A stretch of DNA of 62,374 nucleotides, filler included, from Choristocarpus tenellus KU-1152 (lineage: Eukaryota > Protista > Phaeophyceae): the NCBI GenBank assembly GCA_964200185.2. It is 9 parts of 9 records of this genome, joined end to end, with 100 filler letters (N's around TTAATTAATTAA, not from the genome) between each part and the next. Parts side by side here need not be neighbours in the genome. Positions count along the whole stretch, not along the records: positions 42,841 to 51,795 come from CAXNAD020004166.1; positions 51,896 to 56,324 come from CAXNAD020014594.1; positions 56,425 to 62,374 come from CAXNAD020009335.1; 6 more parts are not named here. One strand, written 5' to 3'. How positions within the stretch are numbered: the stretch's first letter is position 1; every line of letters begins with the position of its first letter. The notes beneath the pieces are model-generated. The model was not told the origin of the DNA and did not search any database. It saw nothing but the letters and a program-made list of their open reading frames with translations. The translations under genes and the position numbers were made by a program. This document shows, in pieces, positions 50,234 through 62,374 of this stretch.

Positions 50234-51779
50234 TAGAGATGTTTGATTCATTGAGTTGGTCCTCTGGATACATTTGGAAATAGAAAAGGTTTATCTAGTT
50301 GTGGTGGACTGCCTCCTTCCCTTGCTTGGCCGTCTCATTGAGTGCGTTCAGCTAGCACTGGAGGTGTGTACTCTAAAGTTGGTTTACTAGGCTAAGTCTG
50401 GTGCTGTCGTTTAAGAAAAGCTCAACCTAGTCCTGCATTGGTGCTTTTTTTTTCAACATTATTACGGTACAAAGCCTAGTACTCTGGAGTAGCTGGTAGT
50501 GACATGTATGGTACAGAATGTGTATCGAATTGCGTTTATTCACAACTATGGAGTCTGGTATCTTGTAACAGGCAGCAAACAGCAATGGTGTCAGTAGTTT
50601 GTCTGTCATGGGATGACCATACCACTGTTGATTTACACATTGGATTTATAGATCTATTTCAGAAACAGATGGATTATAGCCCATACCTCTTGAGCAGCCC
50701 AGCAGTATTGACTGTGATGTAGTCTCAGTACTTCTAAGTAGTACTTCAACTGTACAAATGTTTAGGTGATACCTTATTACTAAGGTGCTTCCTACTGCTC
50801 CATCAAGCCACCGTAGGCTTGATTGCTCACTCGATGTACAAACAATAGTTGTTTTCTTATCTTTGCATTTTTAACTGAAGGGATCCTTGGAAGTTGGAGA
50901 TGGGGGCTATATGATACTATTCAAGTGCTGTTCCTTTCCTCACATTTGTGCAATATATCCTTCTGCTTCTGAATTTGTTTGTGTTGAGGTATCAACAATG
51001 TGCCCTGAAGTATTCAAGTTGGAGGGGAGGGTTTTGTGACAAAAAGTCAATGTTGCAAATTGGCTACATTGTTAGTGCAATGCAGGTTGTGCTCTTTGTA
51101 CCACTTTCGTTTTTTTTCTCTTTTTTGATCGTTTTTTTGCTTCACTCGAAAGACTGACTGAATCAGCAAGCGCACAGATGGTGCTAGGACATGGCAGAAG
51201 GATTGTTTAGTAGGTGGTATGGGAATCCGTTTTATTTGAAAGCTGTCTTCCCAAATAGATGTGGCACTGCCTGTACACATGATGCAAATGCCTTTGCACG
51301 TTGTGAGTTGAATATTGTGCAGGTGTGTATGTGTTTGGCATGTGTCGTCTGTAGTGGTTTGTATATTTATTACGTTTGCCGTTTACAACTGCTGTGAAGT
51401 AGTTGTGCAATCAAGAGTGATATTCATTATTTGAAAAGTAGGCAATGTAGGAGACCCAAAAATCCTTGCCCAAGTCTCCCAGTCTATGCTCTCTTACAGA
51501 CACTCAAGTACATCCCGTTTCACTGCCTGGTCTTACACATTAACTATGATGTCTTGACAAAAAATGCAAATCCTGCACTCAAAAACAGGTTGGAAACCCT
51601 ACCTCAAGGTGTGATCTTCCTCAAGTTCTGGTTGAGATAACCCCGGACAATCTGAGTAATATCCTTGATGAAAAAAGTATCACTTTGTTTTGCTATGCAC
51701 GCCTACATACTGCGCCTGCAAGTTTGTGGTCAGACACAAAAATCACCCCAAAAATAACACGCCAGGTTGGATCGGAAAA

Positions 51780-51795
51780 GGGTCAAAGTATCTTG
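51780..51795 (+). mobile_element. MITE terminal inverted repeat at contig end
   Basis: GGGTCAAAGTATCTTG matches the family A/B TIR and lies immediately before the assembly break. Confidence 0.55.
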
Positions 51796-52085
51796 NNNNN
51801 NNNNNNNNNNNNNNNNNNNNNNNNNNNNNNNNNNNNNNNTTAATTAATTAANNNNNNNNNNNNNNNNNNNNNNNNNNNNNNNNNNNNNNNNNNNNGAAAC
51901 TGAAATGTTGCAACTATTAAACGCAGTCTGGTTTCGATCTTTTCTCTCACCTGTGCAGCACAAGTGACCTGGGTGATTTTCCATTTGAATGCTGCTCAAA
52001 GAGGCTAGATGTCATGCCTTCACCGAAATTCGTGACCAAACTTCCATACTCACATTGGTAATGAGCCTTCCCACATCCATTTCAC

Positions 52086-52281
52086 CGCACCATTCTATGT
52101 TGGGACTGCACCTGAGCATCCTCAATCCAATGCTGTGATGGATATCTTACAGGAGCGAATGACGCCATACGTTTATACTCCTCGCACCAATTCCATGTAG
52201 GGACTGCACCTGAGCATCCTCAATCCAATGCCGTCATGGATACCTTACTCGAGCGAATGGAGCTATACGTTCGTACTCCTC
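52086..52281. repeat. Tandem duplication, 98-bp period, 2 copies
   Basis: GGGACTGCACCTGAGCATCCTCAATCCAATGC starts at 52102 and 52200, with similarity continuing through ...TACTCCTC. Confidence 0.9.
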
Positions 52282-54497
52282 AGGGTGTATCCCTGGTTGA
52301 TGTACTCAATAAGAGTTACTATTGAAACATGTTATGGAAGGAAAGAATCACCATGGAAGGCCTCCCCACGCTTCCAACGTACCGTATCGCGAATCACTTG
52401 CAAATAGAATACACCTCCAAATATATGCCTCCTCGTGTGTCTTGCGCGCCAGAGGAACAAATCTTCTTGTCGGTTTCTCCTTGATTCAAACCTCACGCAC
52501 TCAATACAGAAGGGGCTAAATGGTTCAGAAACTCCTGATCCAAATCGCATATTTGAGCATGGGGTTGGGGATTTTGACCAAACAACAGAGATCTAGGCGG
52601 ATATGGGGAGATCGCGTCGTAGTGGTACGGAATTCGTACACACTCCCAACCACGCATCACTTACTTTCATTTCATGTAGTAACAACCAACGAGTGTAAGC
52701 GTCAGTAGCTCTAACAAACGAGTGAGGTTGGTAGAGCATCCAGAGAACATAAAAATATATCAACAACATATTCGGCCATCGGTTTTCATCGCATGACTTA
52801 GACGCACTCCCTCCTAACCTCTGTTTTTGGACGCATTGATCAGGTTAGAGTTGGACACCGTGTTCGACCCAATCGAGATTCGATCGTTCGACACTTGAGT
52901 GGGTTTGAAAACTCGAAGTCGAAGCAGACGGTAATGAGAGGGTGAGAGGTGTCTATTCCATCACATCTTCAGTCTATATGACTCTTCGACTTGAATGTAA
53001 CATATACATGTCGATAAAGGCATTAATTCTCGTATTGTTGTATTGATGTGCTTGGATGGAACGAGACCTCGCCTCACCGTTCCCACCACATAGGAAATAT
53101 ATGTTGAATTGGATCATTGCGTTGATGTTGAGAGAGATTTCAAGACGCAAAGGAGCTGGTAGTTTTGATACACCGAACAAATAGCCCCAAGTTTCATAAC
53201 AACTGAATCCTAGTACTCAAGGTTTATCCATGTGGGCAATGATACTGGTGGTGTGATGCTGTTATTGTCTCTTGATGAGTCAGGAAATATTCATACTTGT
53301 ATTCCTTAATAGGCATATTGGATGGAAGTGAGTTGTTGATAGGCTACAACTCTATAAATTTATTGTATTGACTAATTCTCACATACTTTACTTTCCCTGA
53401 TAGTGTTTCCAACCCCAACTTAAACTGTCTCATCCACCTTCAAACAGCCAATTGTGTAACCTACACATCTTCCTTCCCATACAGAGAGGAGGTAAACAAC
53501 ATCTATTTACTGCACTCCATCCTCCCTTCAATTCATTTTCGACCAAAGGAAAACAGACCATGCCAGCAGCAGTACATCATGCCGTTCTCCACTGATAAAA
53601 TACCTCCAAACCTGGATACTCAACAACAGCCATAGACCAAGAACTACATCTGACAAACCAGCAGGAACACTAAGGTACAAAATTGCTCTATCTGATGAGG
53701 AGTGAGATCTTTGACACCTACCTTGTTCTTATCTTGCACCTATCTTCTTGCTGGTCATTGTGTCACTGAATTGAGGATTCAACTCCTCTTTCCCTCTCTA
53801 TTGTACATCCCATTCCCTTCGCACAGACTATGACGAATGATCTAGCACTTGCATCTCTGAGGAAGAAACTCAACCCTGGAAATTTCTGCCGTCTTGCAAG
53901 TGCTATCCTCCAAAACTGACCTGCGTATTTGGTGTGTTTTCAAAATGAGGCAATAGATACCCCAGCAAAGAAAAGGTGAGATAACCCCCCACTGTGCAGT
54001 TTGAATATATTATATGAACTCCACAACAGATGGTATATAAAATACTAAACCCTGTCGAAATATTTCTGACAAAGAGTATGGAGTACTTCATCTACCTACA
54101 CTATTTTCCAGAGGGAATTTTACCAAGACCACTCACTCTTTGCCGACAACAATAGGATGCTCTTGCCATTGAAGCAACAACAATTTATCGAAGTAAAGAG
54201 AGATTAATCTAATAAACAATATATTATTATTGTTTGCAGTGCACACCATGACCAATTTGTTATGAGTAGCAATGAGGAGTGAGTGTATCACATATATATT
54301 CAAAAGTACTTGATGACGACTTGATGACGGTCCATCTAGATTGCTTGTTGGAAGCATACATCAATCTGTGACATACATGATATCTTCAAAATTTAGAGTA
54401 AATATCCTCATGTTCTCTGTTTCTTTTGACAAATCTTATCTGTATCTGAGCTCCTTCACCACATTTGTGGAGGGGCAGTACTACTGCTATTTTTGAT

Positions 54498-54754
54498 GAG
54501 TGAAAATATCTTAGAGGGTACGACTTTTGCCCTGTTTGTCCATTTGGTACTTGACTTCCCTTGGGGTTCTTATGACGTTTCCTATTCCAAAATATTTCGG
54601 AATGGGTGAAATGTACATGCTATGAGAACGTGGGTCTGGAACAAGGATGTTGACACTTCCTAACAAACACGACAACCAAAATTACATTGGAATCGCAACA
54701 TTGGGTTTTGGTCCCCAAATGGACACGGGTATACCCTCTAAGATACTTTGACTC
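54498..54754 (+). mobile_element. MITE family B (257 bp, Sola-like) with 4-bp TSD
   Basis: TGAT|GAGTGAAAATATCTTAGAGGGTA ... TACCCTCTAAGATACTTTGACTC|TGAT: a 23-bp imperfect TIR, GAG/CTC termini and an exact TGAT duplication at 54494-54497 and 54755-54758. Confidence 0.88.
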
Positions 54755-56564
54755 TGATGTTGGGACCCTCAGTTTCTCGAAGGACTCCACTGTTTTCCAG
54801 GCATCAAATCCATGCATCGTTGTAAAATTTTGCATTCATTTTCTCTTTTTTGTTTTTTTCAGAGCAAGACGGTAATCTCCTTTTACACACTAAAGAGCTT
54901 GATAAACGTATCGTTTATGTATAATATATTATGGAAGCTATGTTTGTAATGTAAGTGGAAGTCGTGGATGATGAAGTGCACACAGCGAAGCATAAATATA
55001 AGATATGTACCAACAGATAACAAAGTATTTTTGAGATTCATGACGGACACAATCCCATCCTTCTGAGTACAGCACAGAATATAAAATTCCAACCAAAAAG
55101 TTATATTTTGGTCGGATGTCGATGCTCGTAAGGGATTTCGATTTTAAGGAGGCTGTGTAGTAGGCCCACTTCGTACTTGCATTGGATACAATACATGAAG
55201 AAGTGACATGATCTAGGACAAACAAAGGAGAACCTCATCCCTTCAGTAGTCAACACTCAATGCTAAAACTACTGCTGCCTCTAAAAAAGCGTTACCTGTG
55301 GGTGTGGCACTTCATTATTATCAATATATATGATCCATGTTATTGCTTCAACTTCTTTCTCTTCTACATATATATAGTCAATATATGTTTATACTGAGAA
55401 TATTACATACACTTTTTCGTATCCATGTATAGTTGATATCATTCTCATTGGTTCTATTGTTATTATTATTAGTATTAATATCGTAGGTATTGATATGTTA
55501 CTACTGATACTGTTGCTAATATTATTACCGATAATATTACTATTATTTTCATTCTTGTTAATGCTACTATTGTTACTCCCATGGTGGGGGGGAGAGGAAC
55601 TGGAGGATTTAGCAGAAAAGGAGTAGTCCAATCTTGGCTACACCAAATTGTCTCGGTGACTACACAAGTGGGACTGTCTAGATGTGTCGTGCGTTTTAAG
55701 GTAGAGTCACCAAGGAGATTGGCACGAAGCGGTTTGTTGGAGTCTTGGGATGCCTCCCTAGCTCCTCCCCCCGTGGCGCAGGAATAGGTAGATTGGAAGC
55801 ACAGGAAGGCAGTAGCACAATATTCATAGTGGTGAAGTAACGAATAGGTTAGTGTTTTTCACATTTATGATATTTTATTTATTAAGGGCTTATACTGGCA
55901 AATGTATAGTTTTCGTTTGTTTCCATCCTGACACATCTATAAAATGTCAGCGGGTATAATAATAAAATTGTTATCATGAATAATATTTCCATAATTATTT
56001 GCATCGTGTTATTATTATCATTCTTATAATTTTTCTATTCTTAATACTATCAAGGTTAAATATATAACACATCATTATAGTCAATATTCTTATTAATATA
56101 TTTATTATTATTTCATTACTGGTAGTACTATTGTTTCTATTAGTGATGTTGACTATATTCTTTTTCAATATTTTCAATTATTTTTTATTTAACATTTGTA
56201 GTAACATTGTTATTTCAATATATATACATATTAATATTACTAATATATTTGTGAAAGTGTCAAAGGTGCCAAGTTCTTTTTTGCTCAAGGGGGCAATCAC
56301 AATCACCGGACTGAACTCTTTCACNNNNNNNNNNNNNNNNNNNNNNNNNNNNNNNNNNNNNNNNNNNNTTAATTAATTAANNNNNNNNNNNNNNNNNNNN
56401 NNNNNNNNNNNNNNNNNNNNNNNNTGGCGTTAGGACACCCCGACCTCCCCCCCCCCCCCCCCCCCCCCCTTGACCCTACACCAAACCAATGCCTTAGAGT
56501 CGGTTTGAAACTCTCGTCAAGATAACATTCTTATTTACAACTTTAAAGCTCGGTATACAAAAAA

Positions 56565-56592
56565 ACCCTAACCCTAACCCTGCCCTCAACCC
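56565..56592 (-). repeat. Interstitial telomere-like (CCCTAA)n
   Basis: ACCCTAACCCTAACCCTGCCCTCAACCC. Confidence 0.7.
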
Positions 56593-56821
56593 CGGCCTGC
56601 TTGATACGCCTCAAAGAATACAAACAGTTCATAAAGGTAAGAATACAAATTGCAACACGAGCTACAATCTTGAGGGAAAAAAACAGAAAACCATGAAAAC
56701 AGAAAAAAACAGAAAACTACGATTCAGTGCAATGCGCCATGAAAACAGCACAGCTGGATACCTCCTCCATCCTCCCTCCCACTCCAATCCCTTCCAAAGT
56801 GCCTTCAAATCCCTAGAGTAC

Positions 56822-59343
56822 CTGGAAGTAAAAGGGAGGTTCAGGCACATCAGCCATGAGTGAGGGAGAAATGCCTGCCATCTGGTCCTTGTCCTCCTCT
56901 GGTTTACCTTGACCCTCCCTATCTGCCTTCATCTGGGCAAGCACCTGTACAACAAGGCAGGCAGGCAGACATACATACATACAAACAAATTGAAATGGGA
57001 GTGGTCAGCAGGATGTATCGTACTTGTGGTGGTAGGGTTAGAAATGATAACATCTCCAAGAAAGGCAAAAAAAATAGACAGTACAACCACTCTAGAAGGT
57101 GTAAAACAGAGGTTGACACATTCTGTGCTCCAGGGTCCTCCCCTATCCAGATATTTGATTGGCAAGAGCTGATTTGCTCCTTCTCTCCCCTATCCCTCCC
57201 TCATGTAAGAAACAACCTTAAGCACACACTTGCAGTATTGAACCACATACAGAAAGCTGGTTCTTTTCCTCACACTCTCCTCCTTGTTAGCTGAAAAAAA
57301 AAAAGTGTTAGTACTTCCAAAAACCACTGAAAATATAATACCAATATAGTCACACTCAACGCCCAACAATAGCACAAAAAAAAAATAAGCTGACAATTCC
57401 ATTTTCCACTCCCTCCACAACAGATCAAAACATTGGAAGCACCAATCAAGCCTTGGTTGAATATGTGTTGTTACCACAAACATTCAATTGCACTTCCTCA
57501 TCCCCCCGTCCCCGTCCCCTTCTCCTCCCCCATACGCTACCCCTATCAATACAGTGGAATAATTCACCTCGTCTCTGTTAGGGGGTTGTATCAACTCAGG
57601 CCCATCCAGGTCTGCAAGCGCAGCGAATAGAACAGAATAGAACAGAACAGAACAGAACAGAACACAAGTCAGCTCCTGTCGTGTGGATGTCGTACGGGGA
57701 TGGTACATGGAGCGTGTGCGTGGTGCACATTACATAGCAAAGCGACCTTCCTACATCATAGAGTTAAGTCTTTGACGATGACTACTTCCTCCTGGATTGC
57801 ACTTAAAACACACAGTGAAAAACACTTATAAAATGGTAGTACTATCTGTCCACAGCCATCAATGCAAACTGTTCCATGCACAGCGCCATTGAAGCACAAC
57901 ACTAATCACAAAGTAGTCCATGAAACTACCTCTTTCAGAGACCATGCACAGGTTGTTGCGGTGCCTCCCCAGGTGTACAAAACCACACCTGCAGAAGGCG
58001 TTTGTTGACATGTTGCAAATGTGCCATGAGACTGTGCGGGTGTGTGTAAACAATACTGCACTACTTATTACTACAATTATATGCATAATAGGAAAAGATA
58101 TTTCTAGTGCATGCAATCCTGCCACTTTTTAAAGTGTGAATGTGTACTTGCAGATATAGTACAGAAAATGATACAAAAGATAATACGAGCAGGATAATGC
58201 AAGCATTCAATAAAGATGGTTAACAATCTCAGTACACAGCGCCTTTTTCTTTTGCAAGGAAATAAAAAACAGAAGAGTGCAATTTGCTAGCTTGTGGTAC
58301 CTACCCATCAACTTGCCAATGCATCTCAGTAAAGGACAGTGGTAACAACTTGCTTGTCATACGTCCCTCAAGTGCAGGTGTACTCTCAGGCATAATACAG
58401 GTGCATGTAGATCCCAATTGAAGTAAAACACATGTCCAATATTCACAATGGCTATTAACTAAAACTACTGTTGTTGGTGTGTGCTACTAGCACAACACTG
58501 CTCTGGCAAGGGGTAGTTGAGGTTGGAATGTTACTAGTGTCCATGTTGAAACTTTCAAGATTAGCTTGATCTATACCCGCGGGAAGTCAAGGAAAAGAGA
58601 GTGTTGCCCAATGTAGATCTACCAGGCAATGCGAATGGCTGTTCCTATGGTGAGTGCAGCTAACACACCAACTCACTCACTCAAACAGCATACCAAAGGA
58701 ACTCTAAAAAAAATTGCACAGATGCGAAAGTAGAAAGACCCCAAGCTCTCTATAATTGTTAGGCAGTTGAGGTGAGACAAAACCTGTCAAGATATAGTGG
58801 AACATGTCACTACAGATGCCCTAGCAAGACGTAGATGAATCTGAAGACCATCCAAGCAGTAGGCAAAACACTGTTGTGTGATAGGAAAATCGCATGTAAG
58901 ACAACCACTTCAAATGCTCTATGCTCTATTCACTGGCATGTGTCTGTGACGTTAAGTTGGGCAGAACGTGCCACGATCAAAAGTAGCAAAGGAAGGTAGC
59001 GGTTAAACAAAAGGAATTCTATTTTTAAAAGAAGGGAGTTTAGCTAAAGTGATGGCATATTTGTGACATGGGAATTGTCGCACCTATGGCGAGATGGAGT
59101 TAGAGGCAAGAGGGAAAATGCTCTCGCTTCCTGCTGTCCTATCAACACCGTAGTTACGACCAACGGCCAGAGCCAAGCAGCCCTTGCTCCTTGTCCACAT
59201 CTATGGCGTGGCCTTCCATCTTCTTGACGCCGGACTAACCCTGGAGTCTGTTCCTCTAGTCCTTCCTCGGACTGAAAATGTTGCTGCCGATCGATGATAC
59301 CCAGTGGACTGAGGTCAGGCATGTGGTTCTCCACCTTCTTCAT
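56822..59343 (-). CDS. 5' part of an unknown, probably plastid-targeted protein (3' end beyond contig)
   Basis: Phase-compatible GT-AG exons 59343-59084, 57988-57930, 57611-57568 and 56944-56822 give ...AAWLWPLVVTTVLIGQQEARAFSLLPLTPSRHRCGFVHLGRHRNNLCMVSERDLDGPELIQPPNRDEVLAQMKADREGQGKPEEDKDQMAGISPSLMADVPEPPFYFQ. This reads as a hydrophobic segment, an ARA-F cleavage motif and a basic, acid-free transit-like stretch. The start codon is uncertain. Confidence 0.6.
57624..57664. repeat. (GAACA/GAATA)n pentanucleotide microsatellite
   Basis: Direct reading. It forms the polypyrimidine tract of the minus-strand acceptor at 57612. Confidence 0.9.
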
Positions 59344-60116
59344 CAAGATTTGGATGGGGGGGTATAGATAGCGAGGAGAAATAGCACGGAAGAAGAGGGA
59401 TTGGTGTATGTATTCCTACATATCACGACAACTGTTCGTGAGAGAGGGTACCTCTGTCCCTCACGCCTTAGACCTTCCCCACAAAGCGTCAAGTACGCCC
59501 ATTCACTCTGCTACAGTACTAAGACTGTAAGGGTGACTCTAATCTTCCCAATCTGAGACCTGGAACAGTAACGACATTTCTTGAACATAGCCTACAGAGA
59601 TCACTTTGGAGAGTTTACAGGCCCAACTTCTTCCCGACCTCTAACCGACGTCTGAGCGACATCTGAGCGACATCTGCAGCGCTGTACATAAGGGCAGGGT
59701 ACATTCACGGACCAAAACGATTACAGATCTTATATTCTTGTGAAAGCACAAGAGTTACATCTCTATACTACGAATCCTTGGTGTGGTGATGTGTGTCTTC
59801 TACACTAAGAATTCAGTACGAGGTACAACGTGTCGGAGTTACTGCTGTGCAAATGAATCGACAGAACGTACGCTGGCACCTCTACGGATACCAACCTCCC
59901 ACACGAAAACAGAACGAAAAACCACAAATCCGTACCCTGAGCTTCAGTGTTGACTGCAGCAATGACAAACGACGAAGTTGAAGGATGTGTGACCCTTCTG
60001 ACAACATGATAAATTGGATCTATAGCGTTGTGTAGTGCCATGTGGCGCTACAAAGCTATACCAACAAAACACTCAAAACACATCCTTGTGTTCTGTTACC
60101 AGGAGAAGTAACAACC

Positions 60117-60245
60117 ATGTCTAACACCATGGCAGCCAAGCGGATACGCCCATTTATCCGAATGCCTTTGACGCAGGAGGAAATGCCGGCGGACTTCGTT
60201 ACCCTGATTTCGGTTTCGAGCGGGGTCGTGAGCGTGATGTTCCTG
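60117..60245 (+). CDS. WDR83OS: First exon of PAT complex subunit Asterix / UPF0139-like small membrane protein (downstream exons not identified)
   Basis: MSNTMAAKRIRPFIRMPLTQEEMPADFVTLISVSSGVVSVMFL followed by a GTGAGA donor. It resembles the family pattern RP[YF]..P....[DE].P.D[YF]..(TM helix)..GV..VMF. Confidence 0.6.
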
Positions 60246-62374
60246 GTGAGAGGACTGATTGGAGTAAATGATGGGATGGAGAGGAGTGAAGTCCTGAAGA
60301 GTGCAGGTTCTCCGTTCAAGCCTGACTCACCCCTAATTTTTCTACAGTAGAAACGGTTCGTCAAACTCTTGTTTAATACTCTTTTTGGAAGGTCGACAAT
60401 CTAGACGGAATTGTATTCGTGGTGTGCGTTATAGATAGTGAGGAATAGTGGAGGCAGAGGCGAGATCTTCACGTCGAAACTGGAAAGATAAGAGACAAGT
60501 TAGCTCTTGAAATTTCATGTAGAGAACTCAAGGTCGGGACAATAAGTTACGACGTAGTTGAGGCTTGGTCAAGGGACGGGCCTGGTCCAATTTGTGGTGG
60601 ATCCCTTAAGCAATACCATTGCACTCCATCTTTAGCCTCCGTCTCCGTCGCAGTCTATACTTTTCTAATCTTCAGTACCGTTTTCTCCGTCTACTTATGG
60701 AGAGTACGCCATCAACACAAACTCAAGGAATGTATGGATATCATGTATATCATCGATATATCTATGCCTGCTTTGAAGATTGCATTCGCATCCTGCGACC
60801 TAGCTTCTGGTACTGTTCTACCAACTCTTAGATCGTACAAGCATATAGAGTCATACCCCGACTGGTGAGGGACCCCAGCGAAGTTGAAAAAACTAGGGGG
60901 CTAAAATCTTACGTGTGTTCGCTATTGTCATCATGGGCGATGCTTTTCGAACCTACCACTGTTGTGATCATATATTTGTAGAGTTCTTGCCACACACTCG
61001 ACATCCTTTATCACCATGAAGACACCAAAGCTTGGTGCAGCCACTCTTTCATCTTCATGTTATGCAATAACCGTTTGAATTCAGTTTACAGTTCAATGGG
61101 GAATTGAATCCTAACCAGAATGTGTGTTTGCTCTTTACCTTTTTCTTTTACTTTATTTATGTTAAAATCGAATTTATCTTCCTTGAGTATCAGGGAAAAA
61201 TCAGAAACAGTCATCCGATGGATGTGTCTCCTTGTTCACAGAACTACTGCACTACTGTTGCACACATAGCTCTGCTGACATGCGTGTTGAGATGTATTGT
61301 GAGAAATAGGGATCTAGGAAAGTCACATCGTCAACACACTGGGCAATCAACATTAGATCACCACAAAGCCTTCCCGGATTTTTTTTAGGAGCTTTTGTCC
61401 TTGATACCATACACCCCTGCGACTGGAGCGTTTTCCACCGCCCACTTCTCACCGAATTCCTTGCCTCGAAAAAGATTGATGTAGAGGAGACTTCTTGTGA
61501 CTTTCTCTATGAATCGATAATTGCACAGGAGAAATTATTTTGCTTATGTCCGTTTTTTGCCAGTATCACCGACCAGTTTGAAGATATTATTTTCTATGTG
61601 TATGTTTTGAAGCATCTTGTGCAGTTGTTTTGTCTGGGTGGCAAGACAACTGCCTTACAGTTTGTTTTTTGTGCCTCTAGTTTGTCTCCTGTGATCGACC
61701 CTTCAATGAAATGTGGTCTTATTTGGAGTTTTCTTGTCATTTTTTCTTGACGTGTCAGAACGCGTAGAGTGAAAGAGATTGTAAAAATACTTCCACACTT
61801 GTACCCTATTCCCATTAGGGTTATGTCTTAGTGTTAGGGGTTACGGGTGAGCAAGTCCTTCGTCATGCTTCTAAGTTCTCCAAAGATCGTGAAGATGAAG
61901 GGTGTAACCCCTGTCCTAGATATTAATACATTTCCAGCACAATTGGCCCTATTGCCAACATTGATGGAGTGCTTTTTAGTAGAAAATGCACCAGGAAATA
62001 CTGGATGCAAAGTTGTGATTGGCTGTGTCATACGCAAGCAGGATGTTAGGGGCAATTCGATTGGTGCAAAGGTTACTTTTTTGTCTAGTCCGTTGCACCT
62101 AAAGCTTGGCATCGGCCATACACACAACAAAGATGGCAGTGAGCTCATCCTGTATTTTAGTTTATTGTATTTTATTTTTCTCGCCTGCCTGTTTTGCTAC
62201 TTCATTGCTGCCTGTCCATATATGTCTCTTTTTCCCTCTGTCACGTCTCTCTTATTCCTCTTCTTTTCTTTACAATGGCTTTTAAGTACGTTTCATTTAG
62301 TCGCACTAGTAACCACGTGCTGTGTGTCTTTTCGCCGCTACTCCCCACACTCTCCCCATTCAACTCTTCCCCCC

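Noticed and set aside
55389-56240. Asn/Ile-rich ORFs
   Set aside because: Products of AT-rich low-complexity (TAT/ATT) sequence.
16464-60245. A functional gene cluster linking all the genes
   Set aside because: The genes are functionally unrelated and lie on separately assembled contigs. Only DOCK, IPUT1-like and PRMT9-like share one scaffold piece, and the plastid-type and Asterix-like genes share another.

Overview
This is eukaryotic, intron-rich genomic DNA, not prokaryotic. It looks like a photosynthetic stramenopile, probably a brown alga or relative (inferred from exon/intron style, an ASAFAP-type presequence, an FNIP-repeat gene and interstitial TTAGGG). The window is nine contigs joined by artificial 100-bp N(44)-TTAATTAATTAA-N(44) linkers, so adjacency across linkers is not evidence of synteny. 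By manual splicing with reading-phase checks I reconstruct: (1) the 3' end of a Gly/Gln/Pro-rich low-complexity gene (-); (2) the 3' end of a DOCK-family Rho/Rac GEF, DHR-2 domain (+); (3) a complete 10-exon GT8 glycosyltransferase resembling plant IPUT1/PGSIP6 (-); (4) a complete 9-exon PRMT9-like TPR-arginine methyltransferase (+), head-to-head with (3) across only 143 bp; (5) a gene with about 14 FNIP repeats (+); (6) the 5' part of a probable plastid-targeted protein (-); and (7) the first exon of an Asterix/WDR83OS-like gene (+). Two introns have non-canonical GC-AG boundaries. Non-genic regions hold three families of short inverted-repeat elements with GRG...CYC termini and, in clean copies, 4-bp target-site duplications (Sola-like MITEs). 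They also hold fossil coding remnants, including one unidentified ORF family present as two decayed copies, plus tandem repeats. No rRNA, tRNA or CRISPR was recognised. I found no demonstrably new multi-gene system. The best leads are the Sola-like MITE families, the algal IPUT1-like gene, the FNIP gene and the unidentified fossil ORF family.
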